Assembly: GCA_001600695.1 (NCBI GenBank)
Contig: BCKQ01000002.1
Coordinates: forward strand, 191,623-255,622
Length of the DNA stretch: 64,000 bases
Reading direction: 5' to 3'
From: Ascoidea asiatica JCM 7603
Taxonomy: Eukaryota; Fungi; Ascomycota
The translations under genes and the position numbers were made by a program. Positions within the stretch are counted from its first letter, which is position 1. The number at the start of each line of letters is the position of its first letter. The notes under the pieces are model-generated. The model was not told where the DNA came from, did no database searches, and worked only from the letters and a program-made list of their open reading frames with translations. Shown in pieces: positions 1 through 13,269 of the stretch.

Positions 1-93
<93 letters not shown>
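1..93 (+). repeat. (AAT)31+ coding microsatellite (poly-Asn)
   Basis: 31 perfect AAT units are visible, truncated by the window edge. Confidence 0.95.
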
Positions 94-97
<4 letters not shown>

Positions 98-405
98 CAA
101 ATAAAAACTCTAATATAGTCTCAAGCACTTCCACTTCTACTTCCACTCCCATTAATAATAATATTACCAATACTACTAATAATAAAAATCATCATTTACA
201 TGTTAATAAAAATCTAAAAAGAGTTAATGATGCTTCAATGTTTTTTAATTTATTAAAATATACTTATCAAGATTCAGTTTTAATCAAATGTAAAGAAAAG
301 AAAGATGATAATCAATGGAATTATATTGTTGCAAATCTTTCTTTTAGAGAGACTCCATTAGAACGAGATGATTATTTACATCTATTAATAAATCAATTTA
401 AATAA
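1..405 (+). CDS. 3' end of an unidentified Asn-rich protein gene (runs off window start)
   Basis: Frame 1 is open from base 1 to TAA at 403-405: poly-N, then ...KRVNDASMFFNLLKYTYQDSVLIKCKEKKDDNQWNYIVANLSFRETPLERDDYLHLLINQFK*. It converges on ARO2. Family not recognised. Confidence 0.75.
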
Positions 406-518
406 ATTAACATAAAAATAAAATAAAATAAAATAAAAAAAAAGTAATTTGAATTAATTTTCTTTCTTGTATGTATGTATGTACAGTATATAAATTATAA
501 TACAATTTTAACATAATT

Positions 519-1673
519 TTAAGAAATATTTGAAAAATCAACAATTTTATGAGAATATTCTCTTGATTTTTGAATTAATAAAGTATCAGCTAAAACTAAG
601 GCAGCCATGGCTTCAACAATTGGAATGGCTCTTGGTACAACATTTGGATCATGTCTACCTCTAGCTTTTAAAATACCAGATTCACCATCATAAGTAGAAG
701 TTTCTTGAGCTTTATTTATAGTTGCAGGAGGTTTAAAAGCTACAGAAAAATAAATATCTTCACCATTTGATATACCACCTTGAATACCACCACTATTATT
801 TGTAGTTGTTTTTAATTTATGAGGATCTTTACTATTTTCATCTTTTATAAAAGAATCATTATGTTCAGAACCTTTTAAAGTTGTTCCAAAAAAACCAGAA
901 CCAAATTCAAAACCTTTTGTTGCAGGTATTGATAAAATTGCATGAGCTAATAAAGCTTCAAGTTTATCAAAACATGGTTCACCTAAGCCAACTGGAACAT
1001 TTCTAATTACACAAGTTACAATTCCACCAATTGAATCTCTTTCACTTTTAACATTTTCAATTAATTTTGTACATTTTTCTGCAATTTCTGGAACTGGACA
1101 ACGAATTGGACCAGATTCATCAACTTGATTTCTTGTAATTGTTTTTAAAAGAGTTTGAAAATCTTTAGACATTGGATTTCTGTCAATTGAAATATTACCA
1201 ACAGAAGAAACAAAAGCAACAATTTCAATATTATTTGCTAACTTTAAAAATCTTTCAGCAATTGCACCAGCAGCCACTCTACCAATTGTTTCTCTTGCAG
1301 AAGATCTACCACCTCCAGAAGAAGATTTTATACCATATTTAGCTAAATATGTATAATCAGCATGAGAAGGTCTTGGATATAAATCAGTTTCAGAATAATC
1401 CTTTGGTCTATGATCTTCATTTTTAACAATCATTGCAATTGGAGAACCTAAAGTTAAACCATTTTCTATACCAGATTGAATTTCAACTTTATCTTTTTCA
1501 TTTCTTGGAGTTGATAATTTTGATTGACCTGGTCTTCTTCTTGTTAATTGAGGTTGAATATCAGATTCATTTAATAACATTCCTGGAGGAACACCTTCAA
1601 CAATACAACCAACAGATTTGCAATGAGACTCCCCATAAGTGGTGACTTTAAAAATAGTTCCAAAGGTCGACAT
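519..1673 (-). CDS. ARO2: Chorismate synthase
   Basis: Starts [25 protein letters not shown] (ATG at 1673 rather than the track's alternative start). Motifs [36 protein letters not shown]. Confidence 0.98.
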   Translation of the reverse strand: MSTFGTIFKVTTYGESHCKSVGCIVEGVPPGMLLNESDIQPQLTRRRPGQSKLSTPRNEKDKVEIQSGIENGLTLGSPIAMIVKNEDHRPKDYSETDLYPRPSHADYTYLAKYGIKSSSGGGRSSARETIGRVAAGAIAERFLKLANNIEIVAFVSSVGNISIDRNPMSKDFQTLLKTITRNQVDESGPIRCPVPEIAEKCTKLIENVKSERDSIGGIVTCVIRNVPVGLGEPCFDKLEALLAHAILSIPATKGFEFGSGFFGTTLKGSEHNDSFIKDENSKDPHKLKTTTNNSGGIQGGISNGEDIYFSVAFKPPATINKAQETSTYDGESGILKARGRHDPNVVPRAIPIVEAMAALVLADTLLIQKSREYSHKIVDFSNIS

Positions 1674-1908
1674 ATTTAGATTATCCAAAAGCCTTTTTTT
1701 TGTGATTTCAGTCGTTTGTTATTCCTAGTCAAATCAAAGATAGAAAGATACAGAAATATAAAATATTAAAAATAACACCAAAATATAAAAAATAAAAAAT
1801 TATAATTTTTCATGATATTCTTCAGATTTAAGCTCAAGTGACGTTTTTTTATCGATGAATTAATTACAGTTAATTTCACTGCAGTGTCTTAATTCGGCAA
1901 GTTTGAGA

Positions 1909-1915
1909 TGAGTCA
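1909..1915. promoter_or_regulatory. Gcn4/AP-1 site TGAGTCA upstream of ARO2
   Basis: Perfect ATGAGTCA about 240 bp upstream of the ARO2 ATG. ARO2 is a known general amino-acid control (Gcn4) target in yeasts. Confidence 0.6.
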
Positions 1916-2405
1916 AGATCTAGTCGAAACCAATTTACATCAGCTGACAGTTTTTAAAAAAAATTAAAGTATCGAGGACATTTCGAGGGTAAGTTTTTTT
2001 AAACGGGGTCTGTGAAAGAGGTCTGCAGAAGGTGTCTACCGCTGGGCTGCTGCTGCTTTCAATTGAATTTCATTCCATCAGTTTTCCTTTGCAAACAGAC
2101 TGAGACTGGCAGTAAAACAATTCAATACTCTGAAAACGAGAGTGATTGATGAGTGGATTATTACTACTGCAATTACAATCACTACTATTATCGATAATAA
2201 TTTCATCATTAGTATTATTATTATTAATATCAATTTCAATTCCAATTCTAGTTTAACTTTGATTTAAAGGAAACATTGTTTTGAAGTCTGAATTTGTATC
2301 AATTAGTTTACAAATTCTTTTTTTTTGCTTTTTCCTTTTCCTACGTGTTTTACATATATATTTATTTTGAAAAAATATTATAAAAAGTTGAAAATTTATA
2401 AGAAC

Positions 2406-3926
2406 ATGGCTGCATTATCCGATAAAGAATTATTTGACCTTAATAAAAAGGCTGTCATAGACGGTTTTAAAATTCATCCAAGAATTAATTATAATACTGT
2501 TGGTGGTGTAAATGGTCCTTTAGTTATTCTTGAAAATGTTAAATATCCACGTTTTAATGAAATTGTAAATTTAACTTTACCTGATGGTACAGTTAGAGCT
2601 GGTCAAGTCTTAGAAGTTAGAGGTGATAAAGCCATTGTTCAAGTTTTTGAAGGTACTTCTGGTATTGATGTTAAAAAAACTAGAGTTGAATTTACTGGTC
2701 AAAATTTAAAACTTGCAGTTTCTGAAGATATGTTAGGTAGAATATTCGATGGTTCTGGTAGACCAATTGATAATGGTCCAAAAGTTTTTGCTGAAGATTA
2801 TCTTGATATTAATGGTTCTCCAATAAATCCTTATGCAAGAATTTATCCAGAAGAAATGATTTCAACTGGTATATCTGCAATTGATACAATGAATTCAATT
2901 GCAAGAGGTCAAAAAATTCCAATTTTTTCTGCTTCTGGTTTACCTCATAATGAAATTGCTGCTCAAATTTGTAGACAAGCTGGTTTAGTTAGACCAACAA
3001 AAGATGTTCATGATGGTCATGAAGAAAATTTCTCAATTGTTTTTGCTGCAATGGGTGTAAACTTAGAAACTTCAAGATTTTTTAAACAAGATTTTGAAGA
3101 GAATGGTTCTTTAGAAAGAACAACTTTATTTTTAAATTTAGCTAATGATCCAACAATTGAAAGAATTATTACTCCAAGATTAGCTTTGACAACTGCTGAA
3201 TATTTAGCTTATCAAACTGAACGTCATGTTTTAACAATTTTAACTGATATGTCTTCATATGCTGATGCTTTACGTGAAGTTTCTGCTGCAAGAGAAGAAG
3301 TACCTGGTAGAAGAGGTTATCCTGGTTATATGTATACTGATTTATCAACAATTTATGAAAGAGCTGGTAGAGTTGAAGGTAGAAATGGTTCCATAACTCA
3401 AATTCCAATTTTAACAATGCCAAATGATGATATTACTCATCCAATTCCTGATTTAACTGGTTATATTACTGAAGGTCAAATTTCAATTGATAGACAGCTA
3501 CATAATAGAGGTATTTATCCTCCAATTAATGTTTTACCTTCTTTATCAAGATTAATGAAAAGTGCTATTGGTGAAGGTATGACAAGAAAAGATCATGGTG
3601 ATGTTTCAAATCAATTATATGCCAAATATGCTATTGGTAGAGATGCTGCAGCAATGAAAGCTGTTGTTGGTGAAGAAGCTCTTTCAACTGAAGATAAACT
3701 TTCGTTAGAATTCTTAGAAAAATTCGAAAAAACTTTTATTAATCAAGGTGCTTATGAAAATAGATCTATCTTTGAAAGTTTAGATCAAGCTTGGTCTTTA
3801 TTAAGAATTTATCCAAAAGATTTATTAAACAGAATTTCTCCAAAAATTTTAGAAGAATTTTATGATAGAGATAGATCTGAAGATGATGAAGATAAAGATG
3901 ATGATAAAGATTTGTTAGATGCCTAA
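2406..3926 (+). CDS. VMA2: V-ATPase V1 subunit B
   Basis: Starts [10 protein letters not shown] (ATG 2406). Motifs [56 protein letters not shown]. Confidence 0.98.
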   Translation: MAALSDKELFDLNKKAVIDGFKIHPRINYNTVGGVNGPLVILENVKYPRFNEIVNLTLPDGTVRAGQVLEVRGDKAIVQVFEGTSGIDVKKTRVEFTGQNLKLAVSEDMLGRIFDGSGRPIDNGPKVFAEDYLDINGSPINPYARIYPEEMISTGISAIDTMNSIARGQKIPIFSASGLPHNEIAAQICRQAGLVRPTKDVHDGHEENFSIVFAAMGVNLETSRFFKQDFEENGSLERTTLFLNLANDPTIERIITPRLALTTAEYLAYQTERHVLTILTDMSSYADALREVSAAREEVPGRRGYPGYMYTDLSTIYERAGRVEGRNGSITQIPILTMPNDDITHPIPDLTGYITEGQISIDRQLHNRGIYPPINVLPSLSRLMKSAIGEGMTRKDHGDVSNQLYAKYAIGRDAAAMKAVVGEEALSTEDKLSLEFLEKFEKTFINQGAYENRSIFESLDQAWSLLRIYPKDLLNRISPKILEEFYDRDRSEDDEDKDDDKDLLDA

Positions 3927-4515
3927 TTATATATAATAGATTAACATAATATTCTAACATAATATAATACAAATTACATTCCAATTTTTTTCTATAATTA
4001 ACTTATTATAATCTATTCAATATTATTTATTTTAACCAATTAATCAAGTAATTGACTTATCTTTCTTAGCCTTGAGTCTTAACGTTAGATTTAATTTGTT
4101 TTTTAATCCACTTCTTTTAAATAGGTTTCAAATTATTTCAATCGAATTATATCACTATCAATTTTGACAATATATGTATTGAATTGAGAGTAACGTTATT
4201 TTATTTTGTTTTTAGTATGGCAATTTGTTAAACACTGTTTTACGACCGTGCGAAAAACTTAACTGAAATTCAAAAGTTTCCCAAAAGATAAATGAAAAAA
4301 AGAGGATATTTTAAAATTAAAAGCAATTTTTATTTATAATTAGCAATAATATAACATATTCAAAGCAGATATAAATATCTAAAGTAGAATATTAATTATA
4401 ATTATAAATATGTTGAGCAAATTTTCTTTAAAATATATAAATAATATTTTTCCCACATTTATAGAAAACTATTCACAAAAAATTACTATTATCTAATGAG
4501 AAAATTCATAAAAAT

Positions 4516-5679
4516 ATGTCTCAAAAATTTAATCAAAATACTCCAAGAACCATAATTAAAAATAAAGGCTTTTCTAATCAAAAGGATTCAAATAAAAATT
4601 TGAAACATCGTAACTTTTCTTTACAAAATAATAAAAATATAGAACATATTCCTATAAACAAAAATGTTCAGATAAAAACTTGGGATAATATTGATTCTGA
4701 TTTAAATCATTTAGACAGATTATTGAATAAGCCAAATATGGATATTCGATTCTTCTATCATAAAAATAATTCGAAATTTATTCCTTGTATAGTTGATATT
4801 ATTATGAATTATAATTCAGCAACACCTGAAGGCCAAATATTACCAAAATTGAAGAGTAAAAAAATCATAATAAAAGGAAGTAAAATCCAAGATCGAAAGT
4901 CAAAACCTTTAGTCGACAAATATAAAGAAGCAAATAATATCATAAATAAAAGAATTGAGCTAGAACTCGGGAGCTCATGTAAATTTAATTCCGAAGAAAA
5001 TGCTGAGATTAAAGCTGATAAAATTTTGGAAGAATCACAATTCACATATATTCATGATGAATTACAGGATTTTTTTAAATCTAACCCTCAATTTTCCAAA
5101 TTGAAACTTCCTCCAAAATTTTCAGCTAAAGTTATAGAGTTTTATAAAGGTGATTTTGATGCTATAGTTCTTCTTTTACTTGGAATGCTTGAAAAATGGG
5201 AAGAATCAGATCCAATATATCTAAATGAATTTTCCTATAGAAAAACTTCTAAATTTGAAAATTTTAAAATTGAACCATTTGCTAGTTCTAAACCTATAGA
5301 TATGACTCCGGATCCTAAAAAGAAACTGACAAGACTCATTGAAAATGACCAAGAGGCCTTGGGAATTGAAAGAATTAACAACTTCAGAAATTCTTTGATT
5401 CTAGACTTACATGGTTTTAGTGCTGAAAATGCCAAAATGATTTTAGAAACTGCTGTAGCTGAATGGGAATCTCTAAATAGGAATCAAAGAGAATTTGAAG
5501 GAAATCTAATCAAATATTCAAGAACCTATTTTAAGATGGAAATAATTACAGGTGTTGGTATTCATAGCAGAAAAGGGTTTTCTAAAGTGAAAAATCTAAC
5601 GGCAAGATTTTTGACTATGAACCAGTTCATCTTTGACGAAGCATTTGGAAGATTTATCGTTTCGGGGAAAAAAAAATAG
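4516..5679 (+). CDS. Smr-domain protein, Cue2-like (no-go decay endonuclease family)
   Basis: C-terminal Smr motifs LDLHGF...IITGVGIHS, and a CUE-like helical segment (VIEFYKGDFDAIVLLL). Confidence 0.75.
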   Translation: MSQKFNQNTPRTIIKNKGFSNQKDSNKNLKHRNFSLQNNKNIEHIPINKNVQIKTWDNIDSDLNHLDRLLNKPNMDIRFFYHKNNSKFIPCIVDIIMNYNSATPEGQILPKLKSKKIIIKGSKIQDRKSKPLVDKYKEANNIINKRIELELGSSCKFNSEENAEIKADKILEESQFTYIHDELQDFFKSNPQFSKLKLPPKFSAKVIEFYKGDFDAIVLLLLGMLEKWEESDPIYLNEFSYRKTSKFENFKIEPFASSKPIDMTPDPKKKLTRLIENDQEALGIERINNFRNSLILDLHGFSAENAKMILETAVAEWESLNRNQREFEGNLIKYSRTYFKMEIITGVGIHSRKGFSKVKNLTARFLTMNQFIFDEAFGRFIVSGKKK

Positions 5680-6168
5680 ATTTTTGATTACAAATCTTGT
5701 ATTTTAGCTTTATTTCTTTTTTCTTTTTTTTTTTCACAAGAATATTTATATCACTTTTAAATATCGATTTTAAGAAATAAATTGTATTTTTTATATAAAT
5801 TAGAAATGTATAGTATATAAATTTAAAAATGAGCAAGAACCTGCATTTGAAAAAAATTGAAAATGATAAAAACTTTGTTAATGTTTTTTGAAACTAAAAT
5901 TTTGAAAAATATACAAAAAAAATATAAGATAAACAATGTTAGTTAGTAAATAGAATAATAAAACAAAAACACACTTTTTATTGTTAAATGTATAACAATT
6001 GAACAACAAAAGAGAAATGAAAAAAAATAACTTCAAAAATCATTAATAATTTTACATAAAAATAGTCTATTTTAGAAATTGGTTTTAATTCCCATGAATT
6101 AAATTAAGATAAAAAAAAAATTAATCAGTTTCTAAAAAAAACTGTTTAACCGTTGTATTGAACTACAG

Positions 6169-8201
6169 CTAATCGACTTCATTTAGGATATCTTCATAAT
6201 CTTCTTCCGACTCTTCATCATCACCTAATGCAGATTCATCTTCCGAATTTATATCATCTAACATTGAGTTTAGATTATTATCATTACAATTGAAGTTTTT
6301 ATTACCATTTGGAGCAAATGGAGAACCTAAAACAGAGTTTGGTTTAGATCTGATAAGGTTTAATTCAGTTGAATTTGAAACAGAAGAATTTCGTCTAGAC
6401 AGATTAGGACTGAAAAAAGGTTTATTTTCAATTTGTTTGGCATTAGTTTTTTTTTGATGCAATCCCATTTTTGAGAATGAGCCAAGACCGGTTTCTTTAA
6501 GTGTTAAAGGATTTGATAAAGATACTAAATTAGAAGTAGTTGATACTCCCGCTATTATTGGTTTTTGAAAAAATATAGATGGAGATGGTGGTTTGATAAA
6601 GCCAGTACTTTCATATAATTTATTTTTAGGGAAATTTGATCTATTATGTAATAATTGAGAATCTGAAATTGCATTACTTGTTGCTAATGTTTGATCAACA
6701 TTTCTTTTAGTAGTAAAATTTGAAGTTTGATGAGATTTATTTTTATTTCCATTATGATGTTCTATATGAATTAAGACATCTTCTGCTTGTTTAAAAGCAT
6801 TCATTAAATTTGGAATTTCATTAGATAAAGTTGATTTAGATTCTAAATCATTTTTTTTAATTATTGGTGATAAATTTGAATTTAAAGTAGTACTACCAGA
6901 TGAAAAAGAAGAACGATTGGAGTAACTCATTGGAGCAAAAAAAGAACCAGAAGCAGTATGCATTGAATTTAACTTTTTAACATTAATTATTGGATTATTC
7001 ATATCACTTGATGAAGTAGTATTGGTTTTTATTGAATTTGATTTGAAATTTGATTTAAGATTAGAATTTTCAATTTCAATATCAGAATCAAATAAAGTTT
7101 CATTTTCAAAAGTTGTTGAAGTTGATGAAGATCTGGATGATGTTCCAGACATATTTAAATTTGTAGATAATGGAGTACTAGAAGCTTTAGGGTCCAAAGG
7201 ATGAGAAATGTTATGATGGTGATGATGATTATTATTATTATTATTATTGTCACTATTACTATTAGTACTAGTAGTATTCAAATTAGTAGATGGATTTGAA
7301 AAAGAATCGAATGGAAATTTAAAATTTTGCTTGTCTGAAAAACTATTTTTATTTTTGTTATTATTATTATTGAAAGAAGTTGAAGTTGAAGTAGAAGTTG
7401 CAGTAGAAGTTGAAGAAGTTGGAGTTGGATTAGAAGATGGTTGAGAAGAAGATGAAGTGAAAGTATTTGAATTAAAGGAAGAATTAGAAGGATTTTCATT
7501 TTGTTTGAAAAAAGATTTTTGATTTTGGCTTTGATTTGAGTATTGAGCATTTCTTGAAGATTGAGGATTATTATAATTTGAAGGTCTTTTTCTTCTTCTT
7601 TGATTAGAAGTTGAAGAATTGATTGAAGAAGTTGAAAGATAAGAATCAGTATCATTATCATCATCAAAACCTTGATATAATTTTTGTTTTAAAGCAATAA
7701 ACATTTTTTCCAAATCAGTTATAACTTCTAAAGTTTCTTGAATTTCCAAATCATTTTTAGAATCTATAGCTTGATTTAATTGAGATAATAAAGAAGAAAC
7801 AAAAGAATTAAAAGAACGTAAAGTTTTTTCAAGATCTTTATTAATTTTAATATTATTTGAATTATTTGAAAATGATATTGAATTATTAATATCACAATTT
7901 TTTAATAAATCTTGTAATTCAAGAGACATTAATAATAATTTTGATTTTGTGAAAAAAATATTTAATTTATCATGTAAAGAATTTTTTAATTTAATAATTT
8001 TTAAAGATAATTCAGTTAATATACAACCAGAATCGGAAATAAATTGAGTTGGAGTAAACGTTGATAAAATATTATTGATTTCAAAGATTTTTGGATTTAA
8101 AATTGACATTTCTTTATGAATTTCAATTGAATTTTTAATAACTAATTTTGAAATTTTTAAATTCAAATTTATATTTCTATTATCATTATTATTATTATTA
8201 T

Positions 8202-8233
<32 letters not shown>

Positions 8234-8928
8234 TTAGATTTAGTTTTGTTATTAGATTTTGATAATGAGAAATTAATATCAGTTGATTTTTCTAAGAACT
8301 TAAATTCCCAAGTTTGAGTTAAAGAATTTAAATGATTTAAACGATTAAAACAAGAATAAGCTTTATTTATATATTTAATTAAAGGTTTATCAGATAAAGG
8401 TAAAGATTTAAGAGCTGAAGATAAAGCAGCTGGAGTTATTTCATCGGCGGTAATAATTGATAATATTGGATCATTATATGAGGAATTGTCAATATTATCA
8501 TTATCATTAATATCATTATCATTGATACTATTATTAGTAGTATAATCGATAATTGTATCATCTATATTATTTGAATTGATAAAGTTATTATTGAAATCAT
8601 TATGTATATTATTATCAGAATCATTATCGGAGATATTATGGAAATTATTATTCATTTCATTGAAATTAAAAGATTTGTTAAATAAATTTATATTATTTTT
8701 ATCATTATCAATATTATTAATATTATTGAATTTTTTTTTAATTTTATTTTTAGTTTTATTTTTTGATTTAGATTTAGAAATATTTATAGATTCAGAATCT
8801 GAATTTAAAGTAAAGGTATGATCATTATCAAATATATTACTATTGGATATATTCATTGAATTTAAAAGATTAAGATTGAAAGAAGAAAGAGAATTACTAG
8901 AGGCATTACGAGAATGAGAAGACGCCAT
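6169..8928 (-). CDS. Asn/Ser-rich 919-aa protein with central helical domain; possible Mdm36 homolog
   Basis: Long intact ORF with a globular helical core around aa 165-420. The Mdm36 suggestion rests mainly on synteny (MDM36/YPR083W lies in the ancestral VMA2-PTC4-TFC1 block) and is not confirmed by alignment. Confidence 0.5.
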
Positions 8929-9804
8929 TTAGGGAGTAAAGAAATTTGTAAAATTGATTATAATTATGAATGTGTTTATAAATGTGTTTATGAATATGCT
9001 ATGAATATGCTTTTGATTACGAAAGTGACTATGAAAGTGATTATGAATATGAATGAGTAAGGAAGAATAAAATGCAAATGAAAATGATTTTAAAAATGAT
9101 TTTAAATATTAGTTTGATTATCTAGATAGACATTGACAGTTATATTAATGAATTTTCTTATGTCAAAAGAGAAAATATATATATTAGATGTAAATAATAC
9201 TCAGAGATTGAATATATTCAAAAACAATAAAAATAAAATAATAATATATTTGATTTATGAGATGATGATATCTTAAGTTTGGCCATCCACAGTACAGTAT
9301 TGTTAATTATTACCAGAGTACCTATCAAATGAATAAACTCAGGCCCAATCTAAGCTCTTATTCTGTAACAGAGCCAGAATGGGCAAAAAAGTCAGAAAAG
9401 AAAGAAGAAAATGAGAAGTTTTACTCTTCTGAATAGAGCTTGGATTGTTCTTTGTGGAGTTGCACAATCCAGCACCGGGCCCAATTCTCTGGAGCCAGTT
9501 CCCTCATTGGGAACACGCAGCGGAGGTAAGGTCTTATTGGGAAATACATAAACAAACAGTGCATTTTACCACAGTATATACTCCCTTCAATGCAGTTTCC
9601 CGCGCTTCTTCTTACGGGCATAGAAAACATCCCACCACTGCAAATTTTACCTTACAAACACCCGCCAACACTGAGCCAGCAGATTTCTTTCTGCGTCGTG
9701 ATCGATCATATGATGAATTAACGCCAATGAAAAGCTTTTGATTTAGTGCGTGAGTTAATTGAATTGCCATGTAGGCACGTGCTAAATAGCGTGACTTGGG
9801 CACC

Positions 9805-9847
9805 ACGCGTATTTTTCTATGATAATATTAACTATTGTATTACGCGT
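9805..9847. promoter_or_regulatory. Two MCB elements (ACGCGT) upstream of the 6169-8928 gene
   Basis: ACGCGT at 9805-9810 and 9842-9847, at the edge of a GC-richer promoter segment. Confidence 0.4.
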
Positions 9848-10076
9848 AAAAAGAATATACTTGGAATTTGTTAGATAATTATTTGGTTATTAAATTATTA
9901 ATAAATTAAAGGTTAAAGTAATAGAATAAACAAAACTTTCAGGAATATTTCAGAACAATTTCAAAATATTTAAAAAAAAAAAAAAAATCAAAAAAAAAAT
10001 AGAAAAGGAAATATATATATAAAAAAAATATTTGAAATATTTGAAATATTTGAATAGTATTCAATCATTTAATCAA

Positions 10077-10566
10077 TTAATTAGAAATTTGATTACCATT
10101 AATTTTAATAAAACCAATTTTATTTTCTTCTTTTATTTTCATATGTTCATACCAATCTTCAATATTATTACTACTACTATTATTATGTAAAGCAATAATT
10201 ATTATTGTCATATTATCATAACCAATTCCTTTAATTTCATCAGTATTATTTAAAATTTTTTCAATTATTAATTCTGAAATTTTATCTAATTTTAAACCTA
10301 ATCTTAATTGTAATCTAATAAATTTTATAATTTCACTATTTTTAAATATATCCCAAATTCCATCACATGCTAATACAAAAAATTCATCATTTTCAAAATT
10401 TAATTCATGATATATAATTTCAGGTTCAACAGTAACTTGAGTTTCTTCTGAAGGTATTAAAATTTTAAAAAATTTTTTATCTTCAGATTCTTTATCATCA
10501 CTTTCTTTGTTTCTATCTTTGTTTTTATCTTTGTTTTTATCTTTATCTTTTGTTGTGATTGTGGTT

Positions 10567-10598
<32 letters not shown>

Positions 10599-11618
10599 TG
10601 TTGATTGAACTTTTGAATGTATACTATTAACATTAGTTGTATTATAAATTTCATTTAATTTATTAATATAAATAAATTTTTTTTTAAAATTAAAATCTCC
10701 AAAAGCTCTACTTAAAGCTAACATACCATCAACTCTATTTGAATTAACATTACCACCAGCATCAGAAATTCTTAATAATTCACCAATATTTTTTGGTTTA
10801 TGATCAAAAGATAAATTTTTATTACTACCATTAAAACAACTTAATATACATCTTGAATCACCAGTATTAACAATAAAAGATTGTTTATTATTTATAATTA
10901 TTAATAAAATTGCAGTTGAACCTGATTTTATATCTTTTTTATATAAATCATAATCAATTTTAAAAAATGAATCTTTAATTAAATTTTGATAAGTTTTTAT
11001 TTTCCATATATCATTATCACTTATTATATTACTATTATTATTACTATTATTATTACTGGTATTATTACTGGTATTATTACTGGTATTAATATTATCATTA
11101 TTATTATTTATGTTATTATTAATATAAATTGATTGATGTTTATTTGAATAATCTTGAAAATAATTTTGAAAAGTTTGTATTATTGTATTCGATAAATTTT
11201 GAGATAAATATTTTGAACATTTAAAACCTCCATGACCATCAAATACACCAAATATTTTAATATTTAATTCTTCTTCTTTAATTTGATATTGTCTTCCAGC
11301 AGTTATATTACTATTGTTAATATTATTATTAGTAGTACTACTATTAGTACTACCGTTACTACAAATACTACTACTACCAATATTATTATTAATATTATTA
11401 TTTATATTATTACTATTTGATAATAAACTTGGATTTGATATTGGAATTGTAGAAGTTTTAACTAATTTTGAAAATTTTAGAGTTTTATCAATTGCACAAT
11501 GAGCATCTTCCATTGTTAATCTCCAACCTTGACAAGAACTTATACAATATGACATTTCTTTTAAACTATGAATAGAAATTGATTTATCCGTCACTGGCTG
11601 TGAAGCTAATTGACCCAT
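10077..11618 (-). CDS. PTC4: PP2C protein phosphatase, Ptc4 type
   Basis: MGQLASQP start, QGWRLTMEDAH, FGVFDGHGG, NTGDSR, SFDHKPKNIGELLRISDAGG, LALSRAFGDF, ACDGIWD, GYDNMT, with poly-Asn loop insertions. Confidence 0.9.
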
Positions 11619-11869
11619 TTTTAATTTCTTTTAAATCTAGATGAATAGATGAACACTTGATATATATAGTGAATTTATTATTGATATTGTGATATGAGAG
11701 ATATGATTGATATTATTAATATGATTGATGTGATTGAAGTGATTTCAGTTGAGAAATTTATATATATATTGATAAGCTTTAGTTAGTATATTCATACCAT
11801 ATTACGACCTATGAAATGAGAGTGTGAAGATGATGCTGCTCTTTTGCTACTTGTATTGGGTGAATCTCC

Positions 11870-12092
11870 TATATATATATATATATATATATATAAGTAT
11901 GTATATTACTCTGATGAACAAGGTGAATCTGATGAATCTGGTGAATTGATCTTGTTTCTTTCTGGTATCTCTGCTTCTGGTGGAGGTTCTTTTACCAATC
12001 GCCAGAGTATCAACTACTAACTACCACTACTAACTACCACTGCCTCTGCACTCAAACACCACCGCAAGCTGTCTCTCTCTCTCTCTCTCTCT
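11870..12092. repeat. (TA)n and (CT)n microsatellites in the PTC4 upstream region
   Basis: (TA)n at about 11870-11894 and (TC)n at 12072-12092. Confidence 0.85.
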
Positions 12093-12600
12093 TTCTCTCC
12101 TATCGCTCAGTTCCCGCTTCTTTCCTTCTTCTTTCTCTGTTCTCCTTCCGTTTTCTTTTCTTCCCGTTCTTTTTCCTGTCTTTTTCCTGAGAAATACTAA
12201 GTGAAGTCACATCATCTCTATTTGCAGATATTATCAGCCTCATAACGGCGCATATTTACTTGATTAGGAAATATAAGGCGTAACAACTTTTGAACAAAAA
12301 TTATATTGACATTTAGCTATTTATCCGTACCATGGAATATATCCTCTCCAAAATCCATTTTCGCATAAATAATTGTGGGCCTTTAAACAATAAAAGAGGC
12401 CCACCTCAAACAAATGATCCCAAAATGTTTAAACAGTAATTTGACCGGCACTTTTATTTATTACCCTTTTCTTTACTTCTGCCTTCGGTTATATCACATG
12501 TCTCCACCCCTTTTTTACCCTTCAAATATGTGTTTTTAATGATACTACTAGAATCTCAAACAATAGGAACCTGGTTATACTTCTTTAAAAGGATTCAAAT

Positions 12601-13148
12601 CCTATAATATCTACTGTTATGCATTTTATTCAAAGCTTCAAAAAGATCATTAGTTCATATAATGGTTTCTTCTATTATTGATTATATATATATTTATTAA
12701 CTTGGTTCAATTGTTAAAAACGTCTTAGTCAATTACTTTTTCATGATTTCTTTCATTCGAGCTAAAAAACTTAAACATTGTTTATTATATAGTTCTTACT
12801 AATCTTTCAAATAATTAATCAATTCAACTAAATCAACTTCATTATTACAATCACATAGTATTGTGCAAACATCTTAATTCAAATCTGATATGAAAGAGAC
12901 TAAGACAAATAAATTAATTCTTTTTTAAATAATTTATTACCATGTTTTTGTCACAAGATACTAAAATAAAATATGTTTTATTCCCTAAATTTTTTATCAA
13001 CTAGTATGACTTTCATAAGTCCATCCACATATAATTGATTTAAACATTATACAAATCCTCTTCTATCTCTTCTTCAACTATTCATTTCAATAGATAAACT
13101 CCCTTTGGTTTTTGTAATTAACGAAAAGCCAAATGAATCATTAACTGA
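12601..13148 (-). pseudogene. Decayed MULE (DDE) transposase fragment
   Basis: Hand translation with stops and one frameshift near 12900: FGFSLITKTKGS...LYVDGLMKVILVDKK...IL*QKH...MKK*LTKTF...TII*TNDLFEALNKM. The order matches the Mutator/IS256 D, CxxH, W and TNxxExxN motifs. Confidence 0.6.
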
Positions 13149-13269
13149 TGTTTGTTTTTGCTTTTGTTACATTGTTTATTTTATTGCTTGTTGTCTATTG
13201 TCTATTGTTTATTCATTATTGATGTATCTAATTTTATAATTATATCTATATTATCATTCAATATAAAAA

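Noticed and set aside
2406-3926. Intein in the V-ATPase gene
   Set aside because: This is subunit B of normal length. The VDE intein occurs in subunit A (VMA1).
9421-9806. Short overlapping ORFs in GC-richer intergenic blocks (also 14389-14755, 17890-18237, 30841-31161, 47594-47868)
   Set aside because: No recognisable domains, codon usage unlike host genes, and located in promoter regions.
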